A stretch of DNA of 64,000 bases, from assembly GCF_018977255.1 (NCBI RefSeq), contig NW_024704743.1, positions 63,862,001-63,926,000 on the forward strand, in the 5' to 3' direction. The position numbers and the translations under genes were made by a program. The stretch's first letter is position 1. Each line of letters starts with the position of its first letter. Under the pieces are notes generated by a model, which worked only from the letters and a program-made list of their open reading frames with translations, was not told the DNA's origin and searched no databases. Below, in pieces: positions 12,327-25,477 of this stretch. Source of the stretch: Callorhinchus milii (taxonomy: Eukaryota).

Positions 12327-12404
12327 AGAATAATCTATTTGTATTCCGGTTACTTTTTTGTAATAATAATACTTTTATTTGATAACACTTATAAATGTCA
12401 AATG

Positions 12405-13280
12405 TAGTGACTGTTTATTTGTAGGTAAATGTGGCAGCCAATTTGTACACAGTGGGTCCCACAAGCAACCTTGAAGTGAATGACCAATTTCACTTTCTGA
12501 TTGATGACTAAGACAACAACAACAACAAGATTCCATTTATAAAGCGCCTTTCACGTCAGGAGGACGTCCCGAGGCGCTGCACAGTTGGGTCATGACCCGA
12601 GCAGGGGGAAATGGTCAAGGTGAGGGGAGGGGAGGGAGCGAGGAGGGGGGAAATGGTCAGGGTGAGGGGAGGGATGGGAGGGAGCGAGAAGGGGGAAGAG
12701 AGTCGAGAGGGGAGCTGAAGGCACGGTCAAAGAGAAAGGTTTTGAGACCGGCCTTGAAGGAGGAGAGGGAGGAAGCAAGGCGAAGGCACTGGGGGATAGA
12801 GTTCCAGAGCTCGGGCTGAGAGGCTGAAGGCCCGACCACCAATGGTAGGGCGATTGGGGCGGGGGACGTGGAGCAGACCGGAGCCGGAGGAATGGAGGGT
12901 ACGGGCAGGTAGGTAGGGGGATAGTAGGTCGGAGAGGTAGGAGGGAGCAAGGCCGTGAATGGCCTTGTAGGTGAGGATGAGGATCTTGAAATCAATCCTC
13001 TGGGGGATGGGGAGCCAGTGGAGGCGAGCGAGGGTGGGAGTGATGTGGTCCCGAAGCCTGGTGCCCGAAGACACTAAAAGAGACTTCCTAGTCTTTCCAA
13101 ATAGTGTCATGGGATCTTTAAAGTCCACCTGAACAAACTGAAGGAATCTTGGTTTAAGTCTCATACAAAGAACAGCATCTTGACACTACACTGCACTATC
13201 AACTTAGACTGTGACCTCAAAGTCCCAGTGTAGGGCTTGAGCCAGATGTGGACTTGCTACCTACTGAGCCAAGCCTACAT
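12405..13280 (-). mobile_element. Old Deu-domain SINE interrupted by an L2 insertion
   Basis: SINE 3' half at ~12405-12512 and Deu core/head at ~13064-13280. Confidence 0.7.
12513..13063 (-). mobile_element. Young L2 (subfamily A) 3' end
   Basis: Near-identical to 1855-2412, including the duplicated ~45-bp 3' UTR unit. Confidence 0.95.
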
Positions 13281-14022
13281 CTCAGATATTTAGCAGAAAG
13301 TCAAAAAGAAAACACAAATAAGTGTAAAAATAGTCCTTGTAATTGTTGATAGAGCGTAACACATGAAAATACCTCAAAGTGTTTCACAAGTAATTACTAC
13401 CATGTTTAGTGACTTTGTATCTGTAGGCAAATGTCACAGCCATTTTGTGCACAGCAAGGTTTCAAAATACTGACAGTGTTAATACAGGACTGTTGGTCAG
13501 ATCACTGGGAAAAGCGTCCTTCTCTTTTTGAAAGGTGTCATGTAATCTTTAACATGCGCCTTAACAGACAAAACGAGAACTCAATTTTAATCGCTCTTTC
13601 AACAGACAGCTCCCATAACAATGGAAACAAATTACCCAGGAGACAGAAAATCTTATGTATCTATGCATTTCAAGAAAAGACCACGTTCAGTTACAGTATT
13701 TTGTATAAATTGGTAAATTACCGACTCAGAATTCCATTATCAATGTTTGTGTGCTGTGGTGCATCTAAAATAACAATTCTCCAATGTGCACTCTTGCACT
13801 TCACATATGTCAGGAAGACTGAACTCAAGATGTTCAAATTTTTAATGTCATAAGTAGTTTTCTAAAAAAAACACTCCAGCTTTCTGGCTCAAAATGGAAT
13901 CATCAGCTTTCAGCCTTCCTTTCAGGGATTTCTGGTTTTAAGTCAAAATCATTACCAAAAAGATAGGAAACCTCAACTCAGTCTTGCATGCTGAAATACA
14001 AACAAGCTGAACTAACGCTCAC

Positions 14023-14139
14023 CTGTAGGTTCTTTCTGACATCTTCATTACTGATTCCTAGGTGTTGTTGACAGCTTCCAGTGTTACAAAAACAACCCGT
14101 GCGGAGATGGATGTTGTACAAACTCGCCATCCTATCCAC
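14023..14139 (-). CDS. MOCOS: MOCOS internal exon (117 bp; ~human exon 7) with the RTGCFCN persulfide-cysteine motif
   Basis: Manual translation VDRMASLYNIHLRTGCFCNTGSCQQHLGISNEDVRKNLQ; ctcttacag|GTG ... CAG|gtgagc; too short for the ORF track. Confidence 0.97.
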
Positions 14140-14418
14140 CTGTAAGAGTGAATCAATTTAATGTCATAAACCTGAATGTCTCTGTACAAACCTAATAAAG
14201 TAAGAAGGATTAAGGAAGCTAAAACATTTTTTGGGCTTATTTTAGGCTTAAGGGGTTGGAGGCCAGAGGGTCCTCTATTTCAAGTAATTAGAAAATAGAA
14301 TAGAATAGCAACAACGATATCCAATGTGAACTGAGAGTTTCTTTACCATGAGTGAAAGAGATGGTAAGGATACCAAGAACTAAATGAAAAAGTACTACAC
14401 TGGAGAAGGGAAAGAACA

Positions 14419-14690
14419 TTTTATTTGATCAGCCTGGTGCTTGACAGATGCAGAAAACCATCAACGTGCTTGAGAGTATCCAAACCAGACTTAAGAGTTC
14501 CACATGGGCATGCCATCTATGGATGGAAGTTTCCCTATGTCTGGAATGGAATGTGTACTCTCACCTGGAGGTACGTACTATTCTTACCTCATTCTGGAAA
14601 GTGTTAGGGTGGTAGGAGCCAAGACTTGGGAACCCTAGAGTGTGCATTGAGTATTGCAGCTGAATGACAGGTCAGTGTGGGAAGAAGTCC
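14419..14690 (-). repeat. Unclassified hairpin-forming interspersed element, copy 1
   Basis: Homologous to 21256-21453 and partly to 32494-32570. Confidence 0.7.
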
Positions 14691-14779
14691 TTCTTTCCTG
14701 TAGATGCTTTCCTTTTTTTAAAACCTAAATTCACCTCATTGCTTGGTCCTGGACTTCACAAATGGTTTCAGGAAACAAT

Positions 14780-15222
14780 AATTGTTGCATTTTATATTGT
14801 GCCTTATCATAGCATCAAAACATCTCAAAGTGTTTCGCAGGACTTACTGTAAAATCTTAGTGATTGTGTATTTGTAGGCAAATGTGGCAGCCAATTTACT
14901 CATGGCAATATCCCACAAACAGCCATGAAGTGAATGACATTTTGCTGGGGAAGATGGTCAGTTCTGGCCAGAACACTGAGAGAAACTCCCTTCTCTTTAT
15001 GAATAGTGCCTTGGGATCTTTAGTATCCAGTTTAACAGGCTTACATCAGTTTTGATGTCTCAATGAAATACTGAAATAGTGTCTCTGACAAATGGAGCAC
15101 TCCCCTAGCACTACACTGGAGTGTCAGCCTGGCTCTAGACTATGAGCTCAAAGTCCCAATGTGATACTTGAACCCACAACCTTCTAACTGGTAGGTGAGA
15201 ATAGTAAAAACTGAGCTAAGAC
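14780..15222 (-). mobile_element. Old Deu-domain SINE
   Basis: aatagtgccttgggatcttt core, ctacactggagtgtcagcct, cttgaacccacaacc (B-box complement). Confidence 0.75.
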
Positions 15223-15624
15223 TGATACTTTTATCTCTCCACCGCATCCCGATTAACTCAGAATCTAAAGGAGAACCTTTTGCATACATGTCATATACCA
15301 CAAGCTTAACCAGCATTAGCACTTTGCTTTCACTGAAGAAAAACAAGAACAATCATAATGACTTTTTGCGCTTCCTCAGCATGTCTCGAGCCCATTGTTC
15401 AAGCAAAGGATGGTGACCACTACTTCAGTTACTGATATAAATTAACAAATTGTCATGGATGACCCTTGTATTTTCCAATTGATATCTTCAACGTTTCAAG
15501 CTATGCAGAGCCATAATAGCTTTGGACCACTCGCCATGATGTCCCACTGAGTGTCTCAGTGTTCAAGATGGTGAGAGCAGTGCATGATCTTCCCCATCGA
15601 CAGCACAACATAATCTACAAGCAT

Positions 15625-15976
15625 GAGTGTCACAAGTGATACAGAGAAACTATTTCTTCTGGTGGGGGAATCTAGAACAAAGGGACATGATCTTAAAATT
15701 AGAGCTAGGCCATTTAGGAGTGAAATCAGAAGGCAGTTTTACACCCAAGGCCAATGGAAATCTGAAACTCTCTCCCCCAAAAAGCTGTGGATGCTGGATC
15801 CATTCACATCTTCAAGACTGAGGTGGATAGATATTTGTTAGGTCAGGGTATCAAGGGATACGGGGCAAGGGCAGGGGGCGGCTAATTGGAGTTGAGGTAC
15901 AGATCAACCATTATAGAATAACTGAACAGCCTTGAGGGGCTGAATGGCATACTCCTATTTCTATGTTTCCATGTAT
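15625..15976 (+). mobile_element. CR1 LINE 3' end
   Basis: LVGESRTKGHDLKI; gggctgaatggcatactcctatttctatg tail. Confidence 0.85.
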
Positions 15977-18900
15977 TAAAAATGTCTGGAACAGATCTAC
16001 CAAGTCCATCTCTCCCGATGCCACTCAATACGTTGTTGATGAATACCTTAAATAAAGTGGGCGACAATGGACAACCTTGCTTTCCTTCCATGGAAGTGGA
16101 ATTGCACTGGACAGTGTACAGCATTTCAGACCCGAGCTGGGGTCAGGGGGGGGGAGAAGGGAGGGGAGGGGAAGGGGGGTGACCGTTGGCATGGTCGAAG
16201 AGGAGGGTTTTGAGGCACACACAAAAAAAATGTTTGTTTTACACACACCATTTACCCCTACAGTAGTGAAGCTCCTGGCCTAAAAACAACACGAGGCACT
16301 TCTTTGTTTCTGATTCAGGAAGGAGCCAGACCACATAAAACCAAGAATTTGTTTACTGCTATCAGTCTGTTTTTCATCACTAGATAATGAAAATCCAAGA
16401 AGAACAGCTCAAAATCACATGGATTGTGCAATATTTCTAATCAAATGCAGACAGTAAATAATTCTGGCCTTATATAATATAATTTTCAATGCATTAAAAA
16501 AACTTTAATCTATTTGAAGCAGACCAAAAGCATGGACTGCTAGATTAGAATTGTCTGCACATTTGTACAATTTAATAAAATTACCTTTAAATTTGTCACC
16601 CAACTCAAGAGAGGTTAGAAAATGCAAAATTCTTACACTTAAAGTCTTGGTCATTACCATAATGTATTTACTTGATCACAGATTTTACAAATTGTTTTCA
16701 GTTCTACTTTCTGTAACATGACTGCTGACTATGACAGATCATTTTCATAAAGCTCCTGCCTACGTTTTTTTTCCATCTGCACAAACTTTGAATGGATATT
16801 TTTGAATATACGAGAATGTTATATACTCAAGGCCGAGATAATTATGCAAAGTAAAATTCATCATTTATTGGAATATATCAATGCAAACATATTCAACAAT
16901 TTGGTATGTATGGGGCATATGCTATAGTGCCAATAAACCTGCAGTTGAAGGCAATATTAAAAACATAAAATGCACCAAAAGACGAACATAATTAAGTGTT
17001 AAAGAAATTTTCAAACAATGTTTCCATTGGTTACAAAGTGTAGCCTTGTACAATAATGAATTTCTAATTTTCAAGAAATCAGTCACATATTTCATGAATG
17101 AAAACTGTGGAATTTGAATATAATTCAAAGCAGAAAGCTGAATAATAATTTTGCTTATAATATCAGAAAGGACAAATATCAAATGAAAACAAAACTTTTC
17201 TTCAAATTGTTTGTTTAACAACAGACTAAAATCCCCAATCCACTTCACACAGCATAAAGTGACGAAAAAGTCTATTTGCTGTATAATTGTGAAGATAATT
17301 AACATCTTCAAAATTTACAAGGCCACCATTATGAATTTAAAATCATAATCAATGAGTTTGGTTAACCTTCATTGATGTATCTCCAGTTATAAAGAACAAG
17401 TGATGCTTTGCAGGATATTTTTCCTTNAAAAAAAGGAAACTTCACTGAAATGCTGATGAATATTACTGTGGAAGAGAGAATTACATCACAACAGCATTCA
17501 GATTCTATTTTCAATCTAATTTGTTTGCTAATTTAACAATAGTTACTGCATTTTAAAGTAGTTAATTGAGTGAAGTGTTTTGAATTGTTTTGGTATGTTA
17601 AAGAACAAGTGCAACGACTGCATTATTATTCTTTTACTTCCTTTAATAAATCACCTACAGGGATTTCTTAAACTATTTTAGGTTCATATCTTATATGCAC
17701 TTACGATTCATAACAGCACTTTTTTTAATTCCCCATAGTAAAAGGAGTTGAAATGTTTGCAAGCTCTTATTGAATACTGTGCTCTTGGCAATAATTAAAG
17801 AAATGCTCAAGGAGGAAAAAAGGATCAGTCACCAGAAAACTGATGTCATGGCAGTATTATTGCAGGCATTTGCCATCATCTTTAAATGCCACTAGTGCAT
17901 TTTCAAACACTCCACAGTATTTACAAAGCATGCTTCTAACGTCAAACCATAGATATCATTACAGGAACTGAAATAAAACTGCAATGTTTTGACTAAATAC
18001 ATAGAAATGATGCCAATCTCCCTTCCTCCCGCCAGAAGTATTTAGCATCAGTAGCACAGTATAGTCTTCTTAATGTCATTGCCAACTAAGCAGTTATTAG
18101 GAGAGTTGAGGATTAAGTTGAGGAGAAATTCTCTGTTCTTCCTCTCTCCCTTTAGTCCAAATTGAGACAAAATTTCAGCCCAAGGTTTAACCCCACCCCC
18201 CGAAATGCTTCTTTAAAACAGACTTGCCTATTGATGTTTAATCCTTACGTCATTTCTGAATGATCTGGGGAAGTGTAAGGCCTAGGGATTAAATTGCTGA
18301 CATCAGTGTGTAAATTGTACTCAAGCAGCAGAGCACATAACTCTCTAATAAAACAGCAGCACATCCTGTTACTTGGCAACAATAAGCATCTGCTGCAAAA
18401 ATCCATAAATGAATACGGAATGGAAAAGACCTTTAGAATATCATCTTTTGTTTATCTCATTAAACTTTCTAGAATTTCCTAATTAGTTTATTGGAATCAT
18501 TTGTGAAATTACTTCTAATTTCTCATAAACATAATTCTTTCTACACCATAATAAAGAACTCACCTGAAAGCTCACAATTCTGCTGTGCAAAAGGTAGTCT
18601 CAAGAACACAGTCCATATTATTAACTAATAATAATAATCCTTGCATTTGATGTAGGGCCTTATCATGTCTTTGAGATGTCTCAAACCAGAATATACTGTA
18701 AAGTGAATTGACTGTATATTTTGTGGGCGAAAATAGGTATCTTGTGAGGTTATATTTGATTAGACAATATAATAAAGTTAGAAGATTATTGCAAATTCTA
18801 AGATTGCTAATTCTAATTATAGATTTTACTGCACATACATATTGCCAACCAATTTGCTTGTCGCTGGCTCCAATACCAAAAGAAAATGGCCAACATCCAG

Positions 18901-19239
18901 ATCCTGCTGATGTCAATTCTTTGTTCTGCCCATGTACAATGCTGGAATATTAGGCCTAACTGACAATCTACTGACAATAATAATAATAATCCTTGCATTT
19001 GATATAGCGCCTTATCATGTTGTCAAGACATCTCAAAGCGTTTCACAGATTAAACTGTAAAGTGAATTGATTGCATATTTTGTGGGCGAAATATTACAAT
19101 GCACATACACATTTAATGGGGCCCACATCTTATTTTAATTTTCGCCCACAAATACACTTCATTTGGTATAGCACTTTGAGACATCCTCCCAACATGAAAG
19201 CACTATACAAAATTAAATGAAACCAGTGCTGTAATAAAA

Positions 19240-19468
19240 TTGTGAATGGTTAAATGGATAGAGCTGCAGCTTATGGACCAGGAACTCGCGAGTTCAAATC
19301 TTGGTTTGTGCTGAGTGTACTGGTCTCATGGAGTGGCTAAATTGGCCTTGGCCTTCCAAAGGTTAGGGAGGAGAAAAATCAGCCGGGTTTCCCTGCACCT
19401 GGTCCCTCTAATAGCACCCTCAGACACAATGGATCAAATAGCCTTCTTCGGTGCTGTAAATTTCTAAA
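19240..19468 (+). mobile_element. Diverged tRNA-type SINE with CR1-like tail
   Basis: B-box-like gagttcaaatc; ends ggatcaaatagccttcttcggtgctgtaaatttcta. Confidence 0.5.
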
Positions 19469-20282
19469 GCACAATATAAAGCACTGTTGTATATAAAGGA
19501 CTCAAGCAATCAGAAATATTGGAAATGTGATTGGTTTCTTATCACTACCAGTTAGAATGTAACCTCACTCCTCCAAACATCCCATTATGTCACAGCCTTC
19601 AATATTGCAATGAAGTTACAAATCCCTGAGTAAACCAATAGTGAGCAAGCAGTTAATATGATTCAATTACAGATTTTGTGGTGGTATTGCTATTTCCTCC
19701 CAAAAATGGCTTTGGAATTTCATACACATAATACCATGGCTTTATTTATTAGACTTCCCAAATTAATTTAGTAATATATTACACCGATTGTGTTTAAATA
19801 GGGAGTTTCTCCTCATGACCTGGCCAACAATCACCCAAATAAAATTGGTCAGTTATTCTTTGGCTGTATGTGGGACATTTCTGTGTGCAAATTGGCAGCT
19901 ACATTTGACCACAATTTTCATAGCCACACCACTTTATAGTGTATCCTGTGAAGTGCTTTGATTCTGATGTAAAAGGTGATATATTAAATGCAAGGATTAT
20001 TATTAAAACCGCTTCAATCACATTATGGCTATTTGATGTTTTTAGACATTTTGAAAATTACATGTACATGGTTTTGTACATGTAATTCGTATGTACATTT
20101 ATGTACATACAAATTACATGTACAAGATTGTTTTGCTGGGAGGGTTTTTTTCCAATTATTTGCTCAGAATAGTCATTTTTCAAAGTATAAGTACAATTTT
20201 CTACCACTTTTATTGCCGACCGAAACAACAAATAACAGTAATTAGTTGTGAAGCACTTCAAAACGTTTAAGCAGAGTATGGC

Positions 20283-20370
20283 TCCATAAGCAGGGTAAGG
20301 CACTACAAGCAGTGTAGGGCACTATAAGCAGGATAGGGCACTACAATCAGGGTAAGGCACTATAAGCAAG
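20283..20370. repeat. Minisatellite, ~19-20-bp unit ggcactayaagcagggtar, ~4.5 copies
   Basis: Direct reading. Confidence 0.8.
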
Positions 20371-20930
20371 CTACATGATAAGTAAATTATGTCTATGTTT
20401 ACTTCTTTCTATCTATTTAGAGTAACTCAAGAACAAGAGGACATTCAGCCTGTCGAGTCTGTTCTTAACAGTTTATTAGGTCATGGTAGATTTTTAAATC
20501 CCATTTCCTTGTCTTTTCTCTACACCACTTTATATCCATCATTTCCAAATATCTGTATGTCTACCTTTTGAACATTCCCACTGATTCTGCATCAACAGCC
20601 TTTTTTGAGCAGCATTTTTCACATTTTACAGCACTCTGTTTCCAGAAATGTCTCCTGACCTCATTTCTAACTGGTTGAGCTCTAATGTTTTAGATCGCTC
20701 TCTATCAGAACTCACCTAGTTTGTTAGTTCCCTCCATTATTTAAACACTTTAATGAAACCACCCTTAACGTTCTCAGCTTTAAAGAATAGCCCAAGTTCT
20801 ACTCAACCTTTGACATAGTTACCTATGTGTGGCCCAAGTTATCTGAATATTCTTTGCAGCAGTGCACACTAAATTAGTTAATTAAATAAGTGCAGAAAAC
20901 ATGAGGTGAAATGGAAACCTAACAACATAC

Positions 20931-21130
20931 CTGAGAGTAACCAACAATATCACCGTTCTCATCGAGTATGTTAAAATTAATGATAGGACCTTGCATGTCT
21001 GGGCTTTCAAATTCATTATCTCTATAAATATGTGACACCGGTGCTCCATTCGCGTGTTGCATTCCAGTGAGTACTATGTAGGTATAGTGGACCAGACTAA
21101 AGGTATGCAGCATTATATTTTCCATTCCAC
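20931..21130 (-). CDS. MOCOS: MOCOS internal exon (200 bp; ~human exon 6)
   Basis: (G)GMENIMLHTFSLVHYTYIVLTGMQHANGAPVSHIYRDNEFESPDMQGPIINFNILDENGDIVGYSQ; ttattctcag|GT ... CAG|gtatgt; phase fits both neighbours. Confidence 0.97.
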
Positions 21131-21255
21131 CTGAGAATAAAACAAAGAAACAGTTTTTAGGATATTACACTCAACAGTGTCATATCACAGTTGGGAGCAT
21201 AATTAGAAGTACCCTGAATCTGTCAAAGATATTCATTAATTGGTGTAAACCGCAC

Positions 21256-21453
21256 TTTATTTTTGGTCAGATGAGGTCTGACACATGCAGAAAATCATCA
21301 TCATGCTTAAGAACATCCAAGCCAGACTGAGGGTTCCACAATACCTACACACGGAAATGTCCCTGTGTCTGGAATGGGATGTGAATTCTCAGCTCCACCA
21401 AAGATCACTTGGAACCAGAGACCAGTCTTGAATGAAGGAATGTGGAGAAGTTC
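21256..21453 (-). repeat. Unclassified hairpin-forming interspersed element, copy 2
   Basis: Homologous to 14419-14690. Confidence 0.7.
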
Positions 21454-21461
21454 AATAAGTA

Positions 21462-21730
21462 CAGTCGGTGCTTGTTATAACGCACTTCGGTGAACCCGCA
21501 GTATATATTCCAGCTTCTGGCACTGGCTGCTTGTCTTCCTCGGCATAGCCCACAGACACAGACTCGTGGTAACTACTGGTTTCCCAGCAACTGCTAAAAA
21601 TACTCACCTGAGCAGTTGCCAGCTTCCTGCATTGTACAAATATGTGAGATCAACAGAGATCTGATGAACTGAAACTACTAACTAACTATATTTTGCACCC
21701 AAACCATCATTTTGTAACAAGGTTAGACTG
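21462..21730. mobile_element. Tc1/mariner-superfamily (pogo/Tigger-like) MITE
   Basis: TA|CAGTCGGTGCTTGTTATAA ... TTGTAACAAGGTTAGACTG|TA: imperfect TIRs, TA target duplication, no ORF. Confidence 0.7.
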
Positions 21731-22529
21731 TACTTCGTTTCTATTTTTAGAGGAAGGTGAAAGGTGGACTTTCACACCAGAGAATGATGTGAAACAATAT
21801 CTCCTGTAGCTCAAAATATTAAAAGGTAAACAATATTGAAATGATTAATAGGATTTCAAAATTCTGAAAGCAATTGAAAAAATAAATAATGTAAGGAGAT
21901 TCCTACGGGTTGGTAACTCGGTAACATTGATCAATATTGTCACTGGAAGAGGTAGGGGATGTTGGAAGAAACATTTTTACGTAAAGGGTTGTTAAAATGT
22001 GGAATCCTTTGCAGCAAGCAGCTAACAAAATTCTGATTATTTAACCAGAAATTAGATAAAGAATTCAAGAACAATATCAAAGTGTATGTGAAGGGGACAG
22101 AAAATTAGAATTACGATGGTTAGCTCCAGGCCTGAAGCGTTGGGCCAAAGGGCAGAGTGGTCTCCTGTGCTGCAACGTCTGATTCTATATCTCTAGTCCA
22201 CCTACAAAGTGCACAGTCAGTACACTTGTTAGAAAATATAGGTTTTTACATGTAAACAATTAAGTATATAGAGGAACTTTTAAGAACTTTAACTGTATCA
22301 TTTAGATAAAATAATGGTAGGTTTGTATACAGCCTTTGTCTAAGTTGACCATGAGGGATGACCTTATTTGGAGGGTTTGCTGTAAATATTATGTTAACAG
22401 GCCATCCTGAACTGACTCTGTCTGGTTTGGGTGAAGGACGAAAAGACAAATAATGATTTGTAGTTTGTGCAGACCAACTCCAAATAAGGGCCAGGTCCGC
22501 TTAAACTGGTATGAGACTGTGACACCATA

Positions 22530-23745
22530 GACCATTCAATCCTCCTCCACCGCTTCTCCTCCCACCTCAACCTTCACGGTTCTGTCCTTGTCTGGTTCAG
22601 GTTCTACCTTTGACACCACCTCCACTTCGTCTCAGCTAACGGCTTCTCCTCCATTCCCCCCACTGTCTCGTGTGGTGTTCCTCAGGACTCTGTCCTCGGT
22701 CCCCTCCTCTTCACCCTCTACATGCTCCCCCTCGGTGACATCATCCGCAGATTTCTTGTAAACTTCCACAAGTATGCGGATGACACCCAACTCTATCTCT
22801 CTGCCTCCCCCTCAACTCCAGGACTACTGGCGTCCTGACCAACTGCCTGTCCGACATCAAGTGCTGGACGAGGGACAACTTTCTCCAACTTTCTCCAACT
22901 CAACGTCAGTAAGACCGAGGTACTCCTGATTGGCTCGCGCCAGCGCCTCCGCACCTTAGGCACTGGCAGCATCAGCCTCCACGGCTGCACACACAACCTC
23001 ACTAAGCCAGTCAGGAACCTGAGTGTCTTGTTTGACCCTGAACTGTCCTTTTTCCCCCACATCCGCGCCATGACCGGCACTGCCTACCACCACCTCCGCA
23101 ACATTGCCAGACTCCGCCACTGCCTCACCCTTCAGGCTGCAGAGACCCTCACCCACGCATTCGTCACCTCAAGGCACGATTACTCCCTCCTCATCGGCCT
23201 TCCCAACTCTTCCCTTCACAAGCTGCAGATCATCCAAAACTCTACAGCTCGTGTACTCTCACGCACCAGGCTCTGTGACCCCCATCACTCCCACCCTCGC
23301 CCGACTCCACTGGCTCCCCATTCCCCAGAGGATCGAATTCAAGATCCTCGTTCTCACTTTCAAGGCCATCCATGTCCTTGCCCCCTTCTACCACTCTGAC
23401 CTGCTGACTCCCTACCAACCTGCCCACTCCCTCCATTCAGCGGTCTGCTCCATGTCTCCGGTCCGACCCGCCCTACCATTGATGGCTGAGCTTTCAGCCT
23501 CTCTGCCCCCACATCCCCCCATCCCGCAGTCCCTTCACCTCTCTTCCTCCCTTACCTCCTTCAAGGCCGGTCTCAAGACCCTCCTCTTCGATCGTGCCCT
23601 TGGTCGCCCTCCCACCTCCCTGCTTTCCCTCACCCCTACCCCACCCCTCCCCCATGCTCGGATGCTGACCCCTGACTATCTAGCGCCTTGGGACGTCCTC
23701 TCGAATTGAAAGGCGCTCTATAAATATAATTTTGTTGTTGTTGTA
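22530..23745 (+). mobile_element. L2 LINE (subfamily A-like), 5'-truncated
   Basis: [31 protein letters not shown]; stem-loop and (TTG)n tail. Confidence 0.93.
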
Positions 23746-24730
23746 TGAACCAGTTGTGTGAAACCTTGGGCAGAAAAAGGGAGTGCAGGAATGCGTAAGG
23801 ATCTTCTGAAGACAGCTGTAACTCATGATTAGGAAACCAACGCACTATAATTAGGATTGCTTATGCTGAAAACGGGGCAGTAGTAGCATGGAATTAAGAG
23901 TAAGACGTTGAGACTTGCCTCGCTATGTGCTCTACTGTCCAGGGTTGGCAAATTGGCTAATATGATTCTGTTTTCTTTGACTCTGTAATTATTGATTGAA
24001 ATTGATGCTGTCTATATTGAATTAACTTGTTGCACCCATTTGGGAATGTCAGGGTATTGAAATTCTAACACACTTTACATTATTGTGCATTGAGATGTCC
24101 TCCTGACATGAAAGACGCTACATCAAATGCAAGGATCATGAATATTAACTAATATTATAGTTCAATAGTACACTTGAACTCCATGTTTTCAGTTACGATT
24201 ATAACCTGTCAAAAAGTAAGAAATATATAATGCTTGAGAAAACTCGTGACTAGTTTACAAATTGTTATCTGATGCTCTACAAACATTACAAAAAGTGCTG
24301 GAAAAATGTTAACACAATGAATTCATTGTGAATAAATGGCATTGAAGGTCTTTTCTGATGTTATTCTGGGTGGAAGAAAAGCTGGGAACACTGAATGTCA
24401 TATTGTTACAATAACCTTCTGCACAAGGTATTCAATGACATTTTCTCAAAGAAGTACTACATGTTGACATGAATTTATAATATAGAGTGGCAAAAGAAAA
24501 CGGTTTGCAAACTCTTTTCAAAAATGACAAAGCCACTTTAAGAAAATATTAATGTTATTAAAAGATTCTCATTTACTATTCAAATCATGCATCGGGGCAC
24601 AAAACACCATCTTTGTGTTTAGAGCAATAATTATTTGCAAAAATATCAGAAGTGTAAATTGCTTTCAGAACCTGCAGGGGCTACACTTGTAAAAGAATAA
24701 CTGAACAAAGTAAATAATAAATAAAAAAAA

Positions 24731-25015
24731 ATCCTTGCATTTGATGTAGCACTTTTTATGTCTTCTAGACATCTCAAAGCGCTTTACAGAATATACTGTA
24801 AAGTGAATTGACTGTATATTTGTGGGAGAAATGCGGCAGCCAATTGCACACAGCAGTGTCCCACAAACAGTCGTGGATTGAAGTGACCAATTTATAATTT
24901 TTTTTTCTTGACGGATTATTTTCAGGGGTGTGGAGTAAGGAAACCCTGCTGGGAATTGAACCCAGATCTTTCGCTTACAAGGCGAATGCTCTATCCACTG
25001 AGCTACAAGGACTCC
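24731..25015 (-). mobile_element. tRNA-Ala SINE, moderately diverged
   Basis: Reverse complement of the SINE with head ending ggactcc. Confidence 0.9.
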
Positions 25016-25335
25016 AGAAAGTAATTTGTGTTCTGATCAGTAAATTATTTAAATCGGCACATTCATAGTTACAACTAGTTCATCCTTTGCCATTACTGAA
25101 ATTGGGGAAGCGGAAACTTTTAAAAATCTGCCAAGTTATAGTGTTGTAGCAGCAGTTGGTGCTGTACATGCTTTCAATATGCCTGTCTTTAGAACACAAC
25201 AATGTCATTCAGTGCTTTGGAGATTAAGAATGATCTTAACAAAAAATAACTTAAAATTTATTGAGATTTCCCACTGGAAATCATTAGTGCAACTTTATTT
25301 AGAGGTTGACTTCATTTGTTAAAATAATGTATACT

Positions 25336-25477
25336 GCTGTGCGCAATTGGCTGCCGCGTTTCGCCCACAAATATACAGTCAATTCCCTTTTCAGTATATT
25401 CTGTGAAGCTCTTTCAGACATCTCGAAGATGTGGTAAGGCGCTATATCAAATGTAAGGATTATTATTATTATTATAA
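25336..25477 (+). mobile_element. SINE 3' fragment
   Basis: ctgctgtgcgcaattggctgccgcg...(ATT)n. Confidence 0.85.

Noticed and set aside
17427..17427. Ambiguous base n beside an A-run
   Set aside because: Assembly uncertainty, not biology
18350..18397. miR-15-like seed (AGCAGCACATC) in a weak hairpin, overlapping an RFX-like motif GTTACTTGGCAAC
   Set aside because: Match is only 11 nt, the hairpin is too short and poorly paired for a pre-miRNA, and a single motif is expected by chance
20283..20370. CRISPR-like array
   Set aside because: Tandem units without unique spacers in vertebrate DNA; ordinary minisatellite
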